This document shows, piece after piece, positions 28,012 to 35,876 of a stretch of DNA of 64,000 nt. The notes beneath the pieces were generated by a model that worked only from the letters and a program-made list of their open reading frames with translations, had not been told where the DNA came from and searched no databases. Source of the DNA: Candidatus Falkowbacteria bacterium GW2011_GWF2_43_32 (GTDB lineage Bacteria > Patescibacteriota > Patescibacteriia > Patescibacteriales > UBA12465); the NCBI GenBank assembly GCA_000999715.1, contig LCGL01000001.1, positions 387,139 to 451,138 on the forward strand. Direction: 5' to 3'. Numbering within the stretch: the stretch's first letter is position 1; each line of letters starts with the position of its first letter. Both the position numbers and the translations under genes were made by a program.

Positions 28012-28329
28012 ATTTTTATTAGAATTTTTATGTTTTTCTGATGTCAGGAAAACATCTGTGGATAATTAATCTTAAAAACAACAAAAAACTGTTAATTCTA
28101 TATTCTTCTATGATGTATATTATTCTTTATTAAATATACAAAAATTTATTTTTTATTACCTATATTAAGACAATTATAGCATAAATAGTGATAAAATCAA
28201 GATTGAAAAATTGAATTTGAAATGGGTTCGAACTAATAAAAATCCTCAAAAACAAAAGACGAAGTGAGCTTTTAGAGCTACTTCGTCCCTTACTGCGGAG
28301 AGGACGGGACGTAGTTGGAACGGTTTTGA

Positions 28330-28944
28330 CTAAACAATGAGTAAATTCTTTAATTCTCTTAAATTATGTATTATAAAATTTGGGCTGTTAAGGGCTAGCC
28401 TGGTTTCAGAAGTAAATCCCCAAGTTACTGCTACGGTGCTAATACCAACTAGTTTGCCTACCTCTATTTCATGATTTGTGTCTCCAATTATTACTGTTTC
28501 TGTTTTATTAAAGTTATATTTATTAATTAAACTTTTTACCGACTCAACCTTATCATGAACATTGGAAATAACTTCTAAAAATACTCCATTTAGACCGAAG
28601 ATAACAAGTTCTGAAGTTATCGTCTCAACCAAATCAGAGCTAATGACAACCATCTTAATGTTATTAGCTTGTAATTCTTTAATTAACACGGCAATATTTT
28701 GATAAGCCTTGGGGACACGTTCCATAATCGCTTTCTTATAAACCACTGTTTGCTGTTTGCTGGAGAGGGCTGGTAAGTATTTGTTATAAAACATCATATG
28801 GGGCTGAATCCATTCTTCTTTTAGTTCTTTTAAGCTCATTTGTCTAACACCAAAGAACTGAAATACTTTATTAACAGCAAAAAGATGGTCCTCCACAGAA
28901 TCTTTAATTACACCAGACCAATCAAATATAATATTTTTTATCAT
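28330..28944 (-). CDS. HAD-superfamily hydrolase
   Basis: Motif I IIFDWSGVI at the N-terminus, motif IV IGDTNHEIEVG. 204 aa. Confidence 0.7.
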   Translation of the reverse strand: MIKNIIFDWSGVIKDSVEDHLFAVNKVFQFFGVRQMSLKELKEEWIQPHMMFYNKYLPALSSKQQTVVYKKAIMERVPKAYQNIAVLIKELQANNIKMVVISSDLVETITSELVIFGLNGVFLEVISNVHDKVESVKSLINKYNFNKTETVIIGDTNHEIEVGKLVGISTVAVTWGFTSETRLALNSPNFIIHNLRELKNLLIV

Positions 28945-29135
28945 ATTTACTTATTATTTTTTGTTAATATAAGAATATCATATCGTTCCAAAACAATAAA
29001 CTTCATATCAAAAAATAGCCCTAACATTAGGACTGTTTCTTACTGCGGAGAGGGGGGGGTAGTTGGAATGATTTTAGATAAATAAAAAAGGAAGTCTGAT
29101 GTTTTAGCCTTCCTTTTAAAACCAGGCACAGCATT

Positions 29136-29420
29136 TTAGAACAACAATTTTTTTTGTTCCCAAAGTCTGTCCAATTTTTTTGACAAAAACCCGTTATAGA
29201 AATAACCAGATATAAGCAGAGCGGCAAATGCAGAGAGTGTAACAGTAATTGTTATTGCTGCGGTTTCGCCATGATCGATTATAGGTGTTGATAAGGCTTT
29301 GCAATATATAATGGCCACAATAGCAGCCGTTACAAAAAATAATATCCTTAGCCATTCTTTTGTTAATTGCACCTTGTTTTCTTTACGGCAGATTTCGTCG
29401 ATTTTGGTTTCTTTTTTCAT
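29136..29420 (-). CDS. Hypothetical small membrane protein
   Basis: 94 aa, two predicted TM helices, ATG start. Confidence 0.45.
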   Translation of the reverse strand: MKKETKIDEICRKENKVQLTKEWLRILFFVTAAIVAIIYCKALSTPIIDHGETAAITITVTLSAFAALLISGYFYNGFLSKKLDRLWEQKKLLF

Positions 29421-29602
29421 GATTTTATTTTTTTAATGTTCAATTTAATAACAATATTATAGCATATTTTATTAAATATGTCAATTGATGGATAAAATGA
29501 CCCACTTAAACTAACACTATTTATATTAATATTAGCTAAAATATAACATTATATAACAATATTTTTGCTTATTCCTTATTTAGTTTTGGAACTTTTTGAC
29601 AC

Positions 29603-29826
29603 CAAAAAATAAGGCTATAAACCTTATTTTTGGCGAACTGCGGAGAGGGAGGGATTTCCGCCCTCGCTCCGCTTCCGCGTCGCTCACTTGTCCCGGGTCA
29701 GACGCTCAACCGCATCCTCGCCGCTCGGAAAAGCGGCTCGGATTTGTTTCGCTTCTGACCTGTTCGCATCCCTTTCGTCTTTTACGCATACAAAAATACA
29801 ACCCAGAAGGGCTGTATTTTTGTATG
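29603..29826 (-). repeat. GC-rich mini-element, copy B, abutting the tRNA-Ser 3' end
   Basis: In tRNA sense the order is: terminator hairpin CATACAAAAATACAGCCC-TTCT-GGGTTGTATTTTTGTATG (29787-29826) immediately after the tRNA; about 150 nt GC-rich sequence; GAGCGACGCGGAAGCGGAGCGAGGGCGGAAAT; a second copy of the tRNA 3' end CCCTCCCTCTCCGCA (29640-29654, with the upstream AAAT to 29658); and a second terminator. Confidence 0.85.
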
Positions 29827-29914
29827 CGGAGAGGGAGGGATTCGAACCCTCGATGCCCTTTCGGGCATACCGGTTTTCGAGACCAGCGCACTAGACCAAC
29901 TATGCGACCTCTCC
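29827..29914 (-). tRNA. tRNA-Ser(CGA)
   Basis: Reverse complement GGAGAGG..CTGGT-CTCGAAA-ACCGG, long variable arm TATGCCCGAAAGGGCATC, T-arm GAGGGTTCGAATCCCTC, acceptor CCTCTCC-G. Confidence 0.9.
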
Positions 29915-29931
29915 TTTGTCTCTAGCGATGA

Positions 29932-30249
29932 TTATTTAATCAGAAATAAAACGGTCAGAAAAATTAATAATAAGACGAATAGGCTGGCGCCGGTGTAAAA
30001 CAACAGTTTTAAACTCTCTCTTTTTTGTCCGTCCAGATAAAGCATAATCGGTTTGGCCAAAATCAGTCCTCCGGTGACCAGAGCGGAAAAGATGAATAAT
30101 AACAGAAAGGCGATTGGCGCAATAGCGTTATTGTCCGATGCGCCGAAAAGCTTATCGCCGTTGTTCATGATTAAAGATATCAGGAAGATATAAACGGTTA
30201 CTCCCACGGAATTTAAGATGGCTCTGATTGCCAGTTGAGAATTTTTCAT
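29932..30249 (-). CDS. Hypothetical membrane protein
   Basis: 105 aa, three hydrophobic helices. Confidence 0.45.
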   Translation of the reverse strand: MKNSQLAIRAILNSVGVTVYIFLISLIMNNGDKLFGASDNNAIAPIAFLLLFIFSALVTGGLILAKPIMLYLDGQKRESLKLLFYTGASLFVLLLIFLTVLFLIK

Positions 30250-30260
30250 AAAATAGTTAT

Positions 30261-30974
30261 TTATATTTTATTATTTTTTAATCTCATAATTTCTTCCTGC
30301 GGCAAATACTCCCAACGTCCTTCGGATAAAGTGCCGAGGGACAAGCCGCCCAAGGTGGTGCGCTTCAGGTCCCTCACTTTTATTCCCAGGGATTGGAACA
30401 TGCGTCTGATTTGTCGTTTCTTACCTTCGTTTAAGGTTATTACAAAAAGACCATTTTGTAAATATTTGGCGTTCTTGGCTCGCGCCAAACCGTCGCCTTC
30501 GCCGATATCCAAACCGCCGATTAATTTTTTAATGATGAAATCGGGATTATCGATTTGGCCGGCGATTTTTACTTCATAATTTTTTTCTTGTTCAAATTTA
30601 GGGTGGGTCAGATGTTGAGCCAAATCGCCGTCGTTGGTTAAAAGTATCAATCCGCGGCTGTCTTTATCCAATCGTCCGACCGCAAATAATCGTTCCGACA
30701 GATTTACCAAATCAAAAATATTCTTTTCGCCCGGAAAGTGGCGATTCGTGCAGGTATAGCCGATCGGTTTGTTGAGCTTGAGATATATCTTGTCGGCCGC
30801 TCGAGAAATCAGACGATTGTTAATGGTAATTTTATCTTTTTCCGGATCGGCTTTGGCACCGAGGGTGGCCGCTTGGCCGTTAATTTTCACTCGGTCGTTT
30901 CTGATCAATTCTTCCGCCTTGCGGCGTGAACAATATCCGCTGGCGGCGATGGCTTTTTGTAAGATTATTAACAT
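30261..30974 (-). CDS. Pseudouridine synthase, RsuA/RluB family
   Basis: N-terminal S4 domain (LQKAIAASGYCSRRKAEELI..RVKING) and catalytic GRLDKDSRGLILLTNDG. Start at the ATG at 30974, directly after the upstream stop. Confidence 0.85.
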   Translation of the reverse strand: MLIILQKAIAASGYCSRRKAEELIRNDRVKINGQAATLGAKADPEKDKITINNRLISRAADKIYLKLNKPIGYTCTNRHFPGEKNIFDLVNLSERLFAVGRLDKDSRGLILLTNDGDLAQHLTHPKFEQEKNYEVKIAGQIDNPDFIIKKLIGGLDIGEGDGLARAKNAKYLQNGLFVITLNEGKKRQIRRMFQSLGIKVRDLKRTTLGGLSLGTLSEGRWEYLPQEEIMRLKNNKI

Positions 30975-30975
30975 A

Positions 30976-32367
30976 TTAATTTTTAAGTTCTTGATCGCGC
31001 CGGTAATCCAAGTGCCAAGCGCCGGCAAAAGCAATCAAAAGCCAGAACATTGCGGCCAAATCATTTTTAAAATAAGGAACGTCCACCAAACCGTGGACAA
31101 CAATGGTTACCATCGCCATCAACAATCCTAAAGCCAGGTATTTCTCCGATCTTTTGTCGCGACTATAAGCAACGGTCAGTCTGAGAGAAATGTACAGATG
31201 TTTAATTATTATCCAAAGAAACAACAGGGCTCCGGCCAGGCCGAGTTCACTCCAGAAATTCAGGATGATATTATGCGGATATAAATATATTTCCACCGGT
31301 TGCCAATATTTTTCTCGTAGTTCTGCGCTGACCCAGGCCTGGGCATGAAAATTTTCAATCTTGTCGCGGTTAAAGAAAATGCCTTCTTGGTGGTAGGGGC
31401 TGACGGCGGCTTGATAGTTGCTTAAGCCGGCACCCAGCCAGAAGCGCGAGCCACTCAACATTTGTCCGGTTTCCCGCCATTGCTGGCGACGGATTTCTCC
31501 CGACAAATCTCTGAGAGCAACTTTTTCCAGCAAGACGGTTTTTAAGACCGGTGAAGAAAAAATGATGGCGGCACCGAAAATTAAAATAATTATTGTCGTC
31601 AAACGACTGATTTTATTGGCTAAAAGACCGAAAACGAATAAAGCGGCCGCTAGTCCTATTAAAGCGCCTTCCGAACGCGCAAACCAGACGGCTAAAACGG
31701 CCAGGATGATTGACGTCAGAATAAGCGCCGTTTTTAACAGGGAATTTTTTTCCTTTTTATAAAACAGCCAGCCGGTCAACAAGGCGACAATGGGCGCCAA
31801 GTATAAGCCGACGGCGTTGGGATAGCCGAAGAAGGACACGGTGCGCCGTTGCGCCTCTGCCGCCCAGAAAGGATTGGCGATAAAATTTCCGGTTATTTTT
31901 TGTACAAGAGCGAACAGGGAGACAACGACGGCAGACAGCAAGAGCGCCCAGAAAATTTTTAACCACTCCCGTTTGGTTTTAAAAATATTAAATAGGAGAA
32001 TAAAGAGCAGAGCCGGCTCAAAGAAATAGGCCTTCCAAATTCCCAGAGCTTCCGTGCTGAAACCGGCCACGCCGACGGAGACGAAGGCGATGATAACCGC
32101 CAGGGCTATTTCCCAGGAAAAAGGATAGGGAATTCTTGACGGACGATTTTTCCATAAATTTTTTAGGTTCGGCACAAAAAACTTTCCGAACCAGACGATG
32201 AAACTGATTAGAATCATGACTTCCAGAAAAGTGAAGGGCAGTCCGGCCAGTTGAAAACGGATCAAGTATGACGGCAGGGCGGCGATTAACAATAAAAGCG
32301 CCAAATCCAGGCGAAAGATGGCCAGGACCAGAAATAAAACGCTTAAAATAATAATCCAAACGGGCAT
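30976..32367 (-). CDS. O-antigen ligase (Wzy_C)-like polytopic membrane protein
   Basis: About 12 TM helices and a loop with ..YPHNIILNFWSELGLAGAL.., which resembles the O-antigen ligase/PglL domain. Confidence 0.55.
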   Translation of the reverse strand: MPVWIIILSVLFLVLAIFRLDLALLLLIAALPSYLIRFQLAGLPFTFLEVMILISFIVWFGKFFVPNLKNLWKNRPSRIPYPFSWEIALAVIIAFVSVGVAGFSTEALGIWKAYFFEPALLFILLFNIFKTKREWLKIFWALLLSAVVVSLFALVQKITGNFIANPFWAAEAQRRTVSFFGYPNAVGLYLAPIVALLTGWLFYKKEKNSLLKTALILTSIILAVLAVWFARSEGALIGLAAALFVFGLLANKISRLTTIIILIFGAAIIFSSPVLKTVLLEKVALRDLSGEIRRQQWRETGQMLSGSRFWLGAGLSNYQAAVSPYHQEGIFFNRDKIENFHAQAWVSAELREKYWQPVEIYLYPHNIILNFWSELGLAGALLFLWIIIKHLYISLRLTVAYSRDKRSEKYLALGLLMAMVTIVVHGLVDVPYFKNDLAAMFWLLIAFAGAWHLDYRRDQELKN

Positions 32368-32432
32368 AACGATTAGTGGTTATCTTAACTGCATTATATC
32401 ATTGCTTATCCAAACAAACAAAGACGGTATAA

Positions 32433-32463
32433 ACAAAAAACCGCCATTGTTATTAAGACGGTT
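32433..32463 (-). terminator. Probable intrinsic terminator downstream of efp
   Basis: Minus strand reads AACCGTC..loop..GGCGGTT followed by TTTTTGTTT. One stem mismatch. Confidence 0.4.
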
Positions 32464-32480
32464 CTTTGTGATATTTTAAT

Positions 32481-33041
32481 CTAATTTACTCTTTCCACGT
32501 ATTCTCCGGTATCGGTATTGACTCTAATCATATCTCCTTCATTAATAAACATCGGTGCGCCGATTTGAGTGCCGGTTTCAATTTCCACCAGTTTGTTGAC
32601 ATTGCCGGCGGAATTGCCTTTGACGCCCGGCGGAGCGCTAATGACCTTAAATTCCATTTTTATCGGCAGACTGATAGTCACCGGACGATTTTCAAAATAT
32701 AAGACATCGATATCCACACCCTCTTTAAGAAAACGCGCTTGCTCGCCGACTTCTTCGGCCGGCAAGCTGAATTGTTCAAAGCTGACATTATCCATGAAAT
32801 GAATTTCGTCTTTGTCTTTATATAAGAAATTCGCTTTTTTGGTGGCCGTTTCCGCCTCTTCCGCTTTTTCTGAGCCTTGGTAAGTTCGTTCCTGAATATT
32901 GCCGTTGATTAAATTACGGCATTTCACTTTAAGCACGGCACCGCCGCGGCCCATTTTATGATGATCGGTTTTGATGATGATGAACGGCTCGTCGTTGATC
33001 TTAATGACTTTGCCGGTTTTGATTTCGTTGAAATTCAGCAT
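32481..33041 (-). CDS. efp: Elongation factor P
   Basis: 186 aa with a three-domain EF-P pattern. The tip loop is KMGRGGA, with Arg at residue 32. Confidence 0.9.
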   Translation of the reverse strand: MLNFNEIKTGKVIKINDEPFIIIKTDHHKMGRGGAVLKVKCRNLINGNIQERTYQGSEKAEEAETATKKANFLYKDKDEIHFMDNVSFEQFSLPAEEVGEQARFLKEGVDIDVLYFENRPVTISLPIKMEFKVISAPPGVKGNSAGNVNKLVEIETGTQIGAPMFINEGDMIRVNTDTGEYVERVN

Positions 33042-33055
33042 AGGATCGACGTTAA

Positions 33056-33268
33056 TTATTTATGAGTGGCGGATAAGAGAGCCATAATGCGAGAACGTTT
33101 AATCGCGGCCGTCAATTTTCGTTGATGCCAGGCGCAGACGCCGGTTCTGGCCGCCGGCAATATCTTCATATAGAAATTGATGAAGCGGCGCAGAGTGCGC
33201 GTATCTTTGTAATCCACGTCCAAGTTGTTAACGCAAAAATAGCATTCTTTGGTTTTTTTGTTGGTCAT
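33056..33268 (-). CDS. rpsR: 30S ribosomal protein S18
   Basis: VDYKD...LRRFI...KILP.R.TG.CA.HQR.L..AIKR.R..ALL. Confidence 0.9.
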   Translation of the reverse strand: MTNKKTKECYFCVNNLDVDYKDTRTLRRFINFYMKILPAARTGVCAWHQRKLTAAIKRSRIMALLSATHK

Positions 33269-33282
33269 AATTTTATTGTTTA

Positions 33283-33762
33283 TTAAAAGGGAATATTTTC
33301 TACGCGAATTTCTTCGTCGCCGGTCGGTTCTTCCGGGATTTCAATGATCGGTTCGCCGGATGAGACGCCGGAGTTGCCGGCTCCGTTGCCGAAATTTCCG
33401 CCGGTGCCTTTGCTGTCCAGCATAATCATGTTGTCGGCGACGATTTCCGTGCGATAGCGTTTAACGCCGTCTTGTCCGGTCCAATCGGTAGTTTGTAAAC
33501 GGCCCTCGATATAGACTTTTGATCCTTTACGTAAGTATTTGGAGCAGATTTCCGCCAGCTTGCGCCAAGCGATGATGTTGTGAAACTCGGCCTTTTTTTG
33601 TTGTTGGCCGGTTTTATCGGTCCAAACTAAATTGGTTGCGACCGCGAAAGAGACGACACTTTGTCCGGAGGGAGTATTTTTCAATTCCGGATCGCGAGTG
33701 ACATTGCCGATGATCATGGCTTTGTTGAGATTCATATTTTTGGACTGGTCCGTAACCGCCAA
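33283..33762 (-). CDS. ssb: Single-stranded DNA-binding protein
   Basis: OB-fold N-terminus (LNKAMIIGNVTRDPELK.TPSG..V..F.VAT), Gly-rich linker, acidic tail ending ..ENIPF. Confidence 0.9.
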   Translation of the reverse strand: MAVTDQSKNMNLNKAMIIGNVTRDPELKNTPSGQSVVSFAVATNLVWTDKTGQQQKKAEFHNIIAWRKLAEICSKYLRKGSKVYIEGRLQTTDWTGQDGVKRYRTEIVADNMIMLDSKGTGGNFGNGAGNSGVSSGEPIIEIPEEPTGDEEIRVENIPF

Positions 33763-33786
33763 GTGCGACGACGGACAGATGTTAAA

Positions 33787-34308
33787 TTAAATTAAATCTT
33801 TGGCATTGAGAATGCCCTCCAATTTTTCATCCAAATCTTTTAAGTCCACTCTTTTGTCGGTTTTTTCTTTGCTCTTGGAAACAGCCGGAGAGGAGGACAA
33901 AATTTTTGCCTTTTCTTCCTGCTTTTTCTCGGCGGCGGCTTTTTTGGAATCGATTTTAGCTCGGATTTTTGTTTCTTGCGCAACCTCTTCTTCCGTTTTC
34001 GCTTTTTTAACGACAATTTGATGGCGCAAAACATCGGTTGAGAGGCGCAAAGCCTGATCGATTGTAGCCAGATTTTTCCCTTCTAGATCAAATTCAAATA
34101 AACCGTAATACCCGAAAGCGTTATGTTTTATTTCGTAAGCTAAGCGCTTCTTTCCCCAGTATTCCCGATGAGTGATTTGGCCTTCGTTGTCGGTGATGAT
34201 TTTTTCAATCTGGCCGATAACGGTTTTAGCCTCGTCGTCCGTGAATTTGTTGGGGACGATGAATAAAATTTCGTAATGGGTGATTCCGGCGGTCTTGGTT
34301 TTTGACAT
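33787..34308 (-). CDS. rpsF: 30S ribosomal protein S6 with Lys/Glu-rich C-terminal extension
   Basis: YEILFIV...EYWGKRRLAYEI....GYY..F.F pattern, and position in the rpsF-ssb-rpsR operon. Confidence 0.9.
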   Translation of the reverse strand: MSKTKTAGITHYEILFIVPNKFTDDEAKTVIGQIEKIITDNEGQITHREYWGKKRLAYEIKHNAFGYYGLFEFDLEGKNLATIDQALRLSTDVLRHQIVVKKAKTEEEVAQETKIRAKIDSKKAAAEKKQEEKAKILSSSPAVSKSKEKTDKRVDLKDLDEKLEGILNAKDLI

Positions 34309-34636
34309 AATTATTATAGATGACAGGCCCTAAAAATTATTTAAATTTTTTCTAAATAATTTCTAAAGACCCCCGATTAAATAAAATCCCCAAGTATTCC
34401 AAGACTTTGGGGTCAGAGAATACCTTTAATTTCGCTTTATAGGGCGGAATTATCCCGACAGTCGGAGCCATAAGAGGCGTCGCTGTGGAATATGGGAAAG
34501 ATATTGATATATTAATTTGTGTGTTTAGTCTAACATAAAGCTCCGGTAATTGCAAGGCTGGCGATTTGGCGGTTGACAAGAAGACTTTAATTGAGGCGAT
34601 TGTCAGTTAGCCGGGATTAGTATAAGATAAAATCAT

Positions 34637-35821
34637 ATGAAATATTTCTTTGTTTTGGGTACAAATGCCACTTTATCGGTCGCCGAATTGGCCGCGGTTT
34701 TGAATTTACAAAATTTTCGGCTTTTAGCCGTCGATTTTTTGACAGCGGAAACAGAACGGGAGTTAAATGTGGCCGATTTGATGAAGGGTTTGGGTGGCAT
34801 GATTAAAATCGGGAGAGTGGCGGCGGAAATAAAATCAGGAAATGATTTACGCTTGAGTGAAGCGGTTAAACAGGTCGCCGAAGCCAAACAATTAAAAAAT
34901 ACCGGCGGCAAGTTCAATTTCGGTTTGTCGGATTACGGTCGCCGCGCTTTTAATAAAAAGGATTTGGGTTTGAAATTGAAAAAATATTTTAGCGACGAGA
35001 AAATCAGTTCTCGCTTCGTTATCAGCCGGGAGAAAACTTTATCCAGCGTCGTGGTCACACAAAATAAATTGCTAAAAAATGGCGTGGAAATTATTCTGGC
35101 CGCCGACGGCGATAATGTTTTAATCGGCGAAACTTTAGGCGTTCAGCCGTTTAAAGATTTGTCTTTGCGGGATTACGGCCGGCCGGCGCGCGATGATTTA
35201 TCCGGCATGTTGCCGCCGAAATTGGCGCAAATCATGATTAATTTGGCGCAAATAAATGATAATAATGCCGTGATTATCGATCCTTTCTGCGGTTCGGGCA
35301 CGATTCTAAGCGAGGCGATTATTATGGGTTACAAGAATTTGTTCGGTTCGGATATTTCTTTGAAGGCGATTCAAGACACGCGAAAAAATATCAGTTGGAC
35401 CAAGGAATTATATAAAATAAATGATTTTAAATTGAAGTTATTGGTTAAAAACGCGGTGGATTTATCTAAATTCATCAAGAGCGGTTCGGCGGACGCGATT
35501 GTTACCGAGCCATATTTGGGGCCGCAGAGAGGGATGATTTCTTTCGCGTCGGTGATTAAGAATTTGGAGGAGCTGTATTCGTCCGCCATTAAGGAATTCG
35601 CCAAAGTTTTAAAACCGCAGGGGCGGTTGATAATGATTTGGCCGTTGTTTTATGGACAGAAACCGATTACGCCCGACTACACAGGATTTAAAATAATCAA
35701 TCCGGTGCCGGAAGAGTTGAGAAAAAGCGAATTCATCAAAAAAACCGGTCGCGAAACAATCGTGTACGGTCGGTTGGGACAAAAAGTTTATCGGGAAGTG
35801 GTGGTGATGGAAAAGATATAA
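34637..35821 (+). CDS. Putative RNA methyltransferase (UPF0020/Trm11-RlmL-like SAM-dependent methylase)
   Basis: Motif I DPFCGSGTILSEA and motif IV-like VTEPYLG. Confidence 0.6.
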   Translation: MKYFFVLGTNATLSVAELAAVLNLQNFRLLAVDFLTAETERELNVADLMKGLGGMIKIGRVAAEIKSGNDLRLSEAVKQVAEAKQLKNTGGKFNFGLSDYGRRAFNKKDLGLKLKKYFSDEKISSRFVISREKTLSSVVVTQNKLLKNGVEIILAADGDNVLIGETLGVQPFKDLSLRDYGRPARDDLSGMLPPKLAQIMINLAQINDNNAVIIDPFCGSGTILSEAIIMGYKNLFGSDISLKAIQDTRKNISWTKELYKINDFKLKLLVKNAVDLSKFIKSGSADAIVTEPYLGPQRGMISFASVIKNLEELYSSAIKEFAKVLKPQGRLIMIWPLFYGQKPITPDYTGFKIINPVPEELRKSEFIKKTGRETIVYGRLGQKVYREVVVMEKI

Positions 35822-35836
35822 ACAGTCAATTAAAAA

Positions 35837-35866
35837 AGAGCCCGGGTATTCTCGGCTCTTTTTATT
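35837..35866. terminator. Bidirectional intrinsic terminator
   Basis: AAAAAAGAGCC-loop-GGCTCTTTTTATTTTT, between convergent genes. Confidence 0.55.
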
Positions 35867-35876
35867 TTTGCTTGAG

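Larger units (their letters stand above)
24470..29826 (-). repeat. Array of junction repeats carrying copies of the tRNA-Ser 3' end
   Basis: Plus-strand core CTGCGGAGAGG.. (identical to the tRNA-Ser 3' end at 29826-29845) recurs at 24499, 25012, 25601, 27142, 28293, 29043 and 29638. Degenerate copies are at 26288 and 27340, and a possible remnant at about 23066. Most copies are adjacent to a hairpin plus T-run terminator. The longest copies are bracketed by the inverted pair CGTTCCAA (24952, 25542, 28984) and TTGGAA(C/T)G (25034, 25623, 28315, 29063). Confidence 0.8.

Noticed and set aside
24470-29826. Possibility that the reiterated junctions are a CRISPR array
   Set aside because: The repeats are imperfect. 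They are spaced 0.4-1.1 kb apart (not about 30-40 bp), the intervals contain full genes, and no cas genes are present.
29603-29826. Mini-element as a tmRNA, a group I intron, or a split/permuted tRNA
   Set aside because: The tRNA-Ser and tRNA-Glu genes are intact and contiguous without it. An intrinsic terminator separates the tRNA from the element. There is no tag-peptide ORF or pseudoknot pattern, and the T-loop-like segment (CGGAAAT) lacks the TTCGAAT consensus. An integration footprint is the simpler explanation.
29596-29925. ORFs 29596..29925 (+), 29688..29894 (+) and 29706..29891 (-)
   Set aside because: They overlap the mini-element and the tRNA-Ser gene itself. They are artefacts of GC-rich, stop-poor sequence.
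34352-34917. ORFs 34352..34579 (-) and 34633..34917 (-)
   Set aside because: The first lies in the rpsF/methyltransferase intergenic leader and has no SD or motifs. The second is antisense to the 5' end of the methyltransferase gene.
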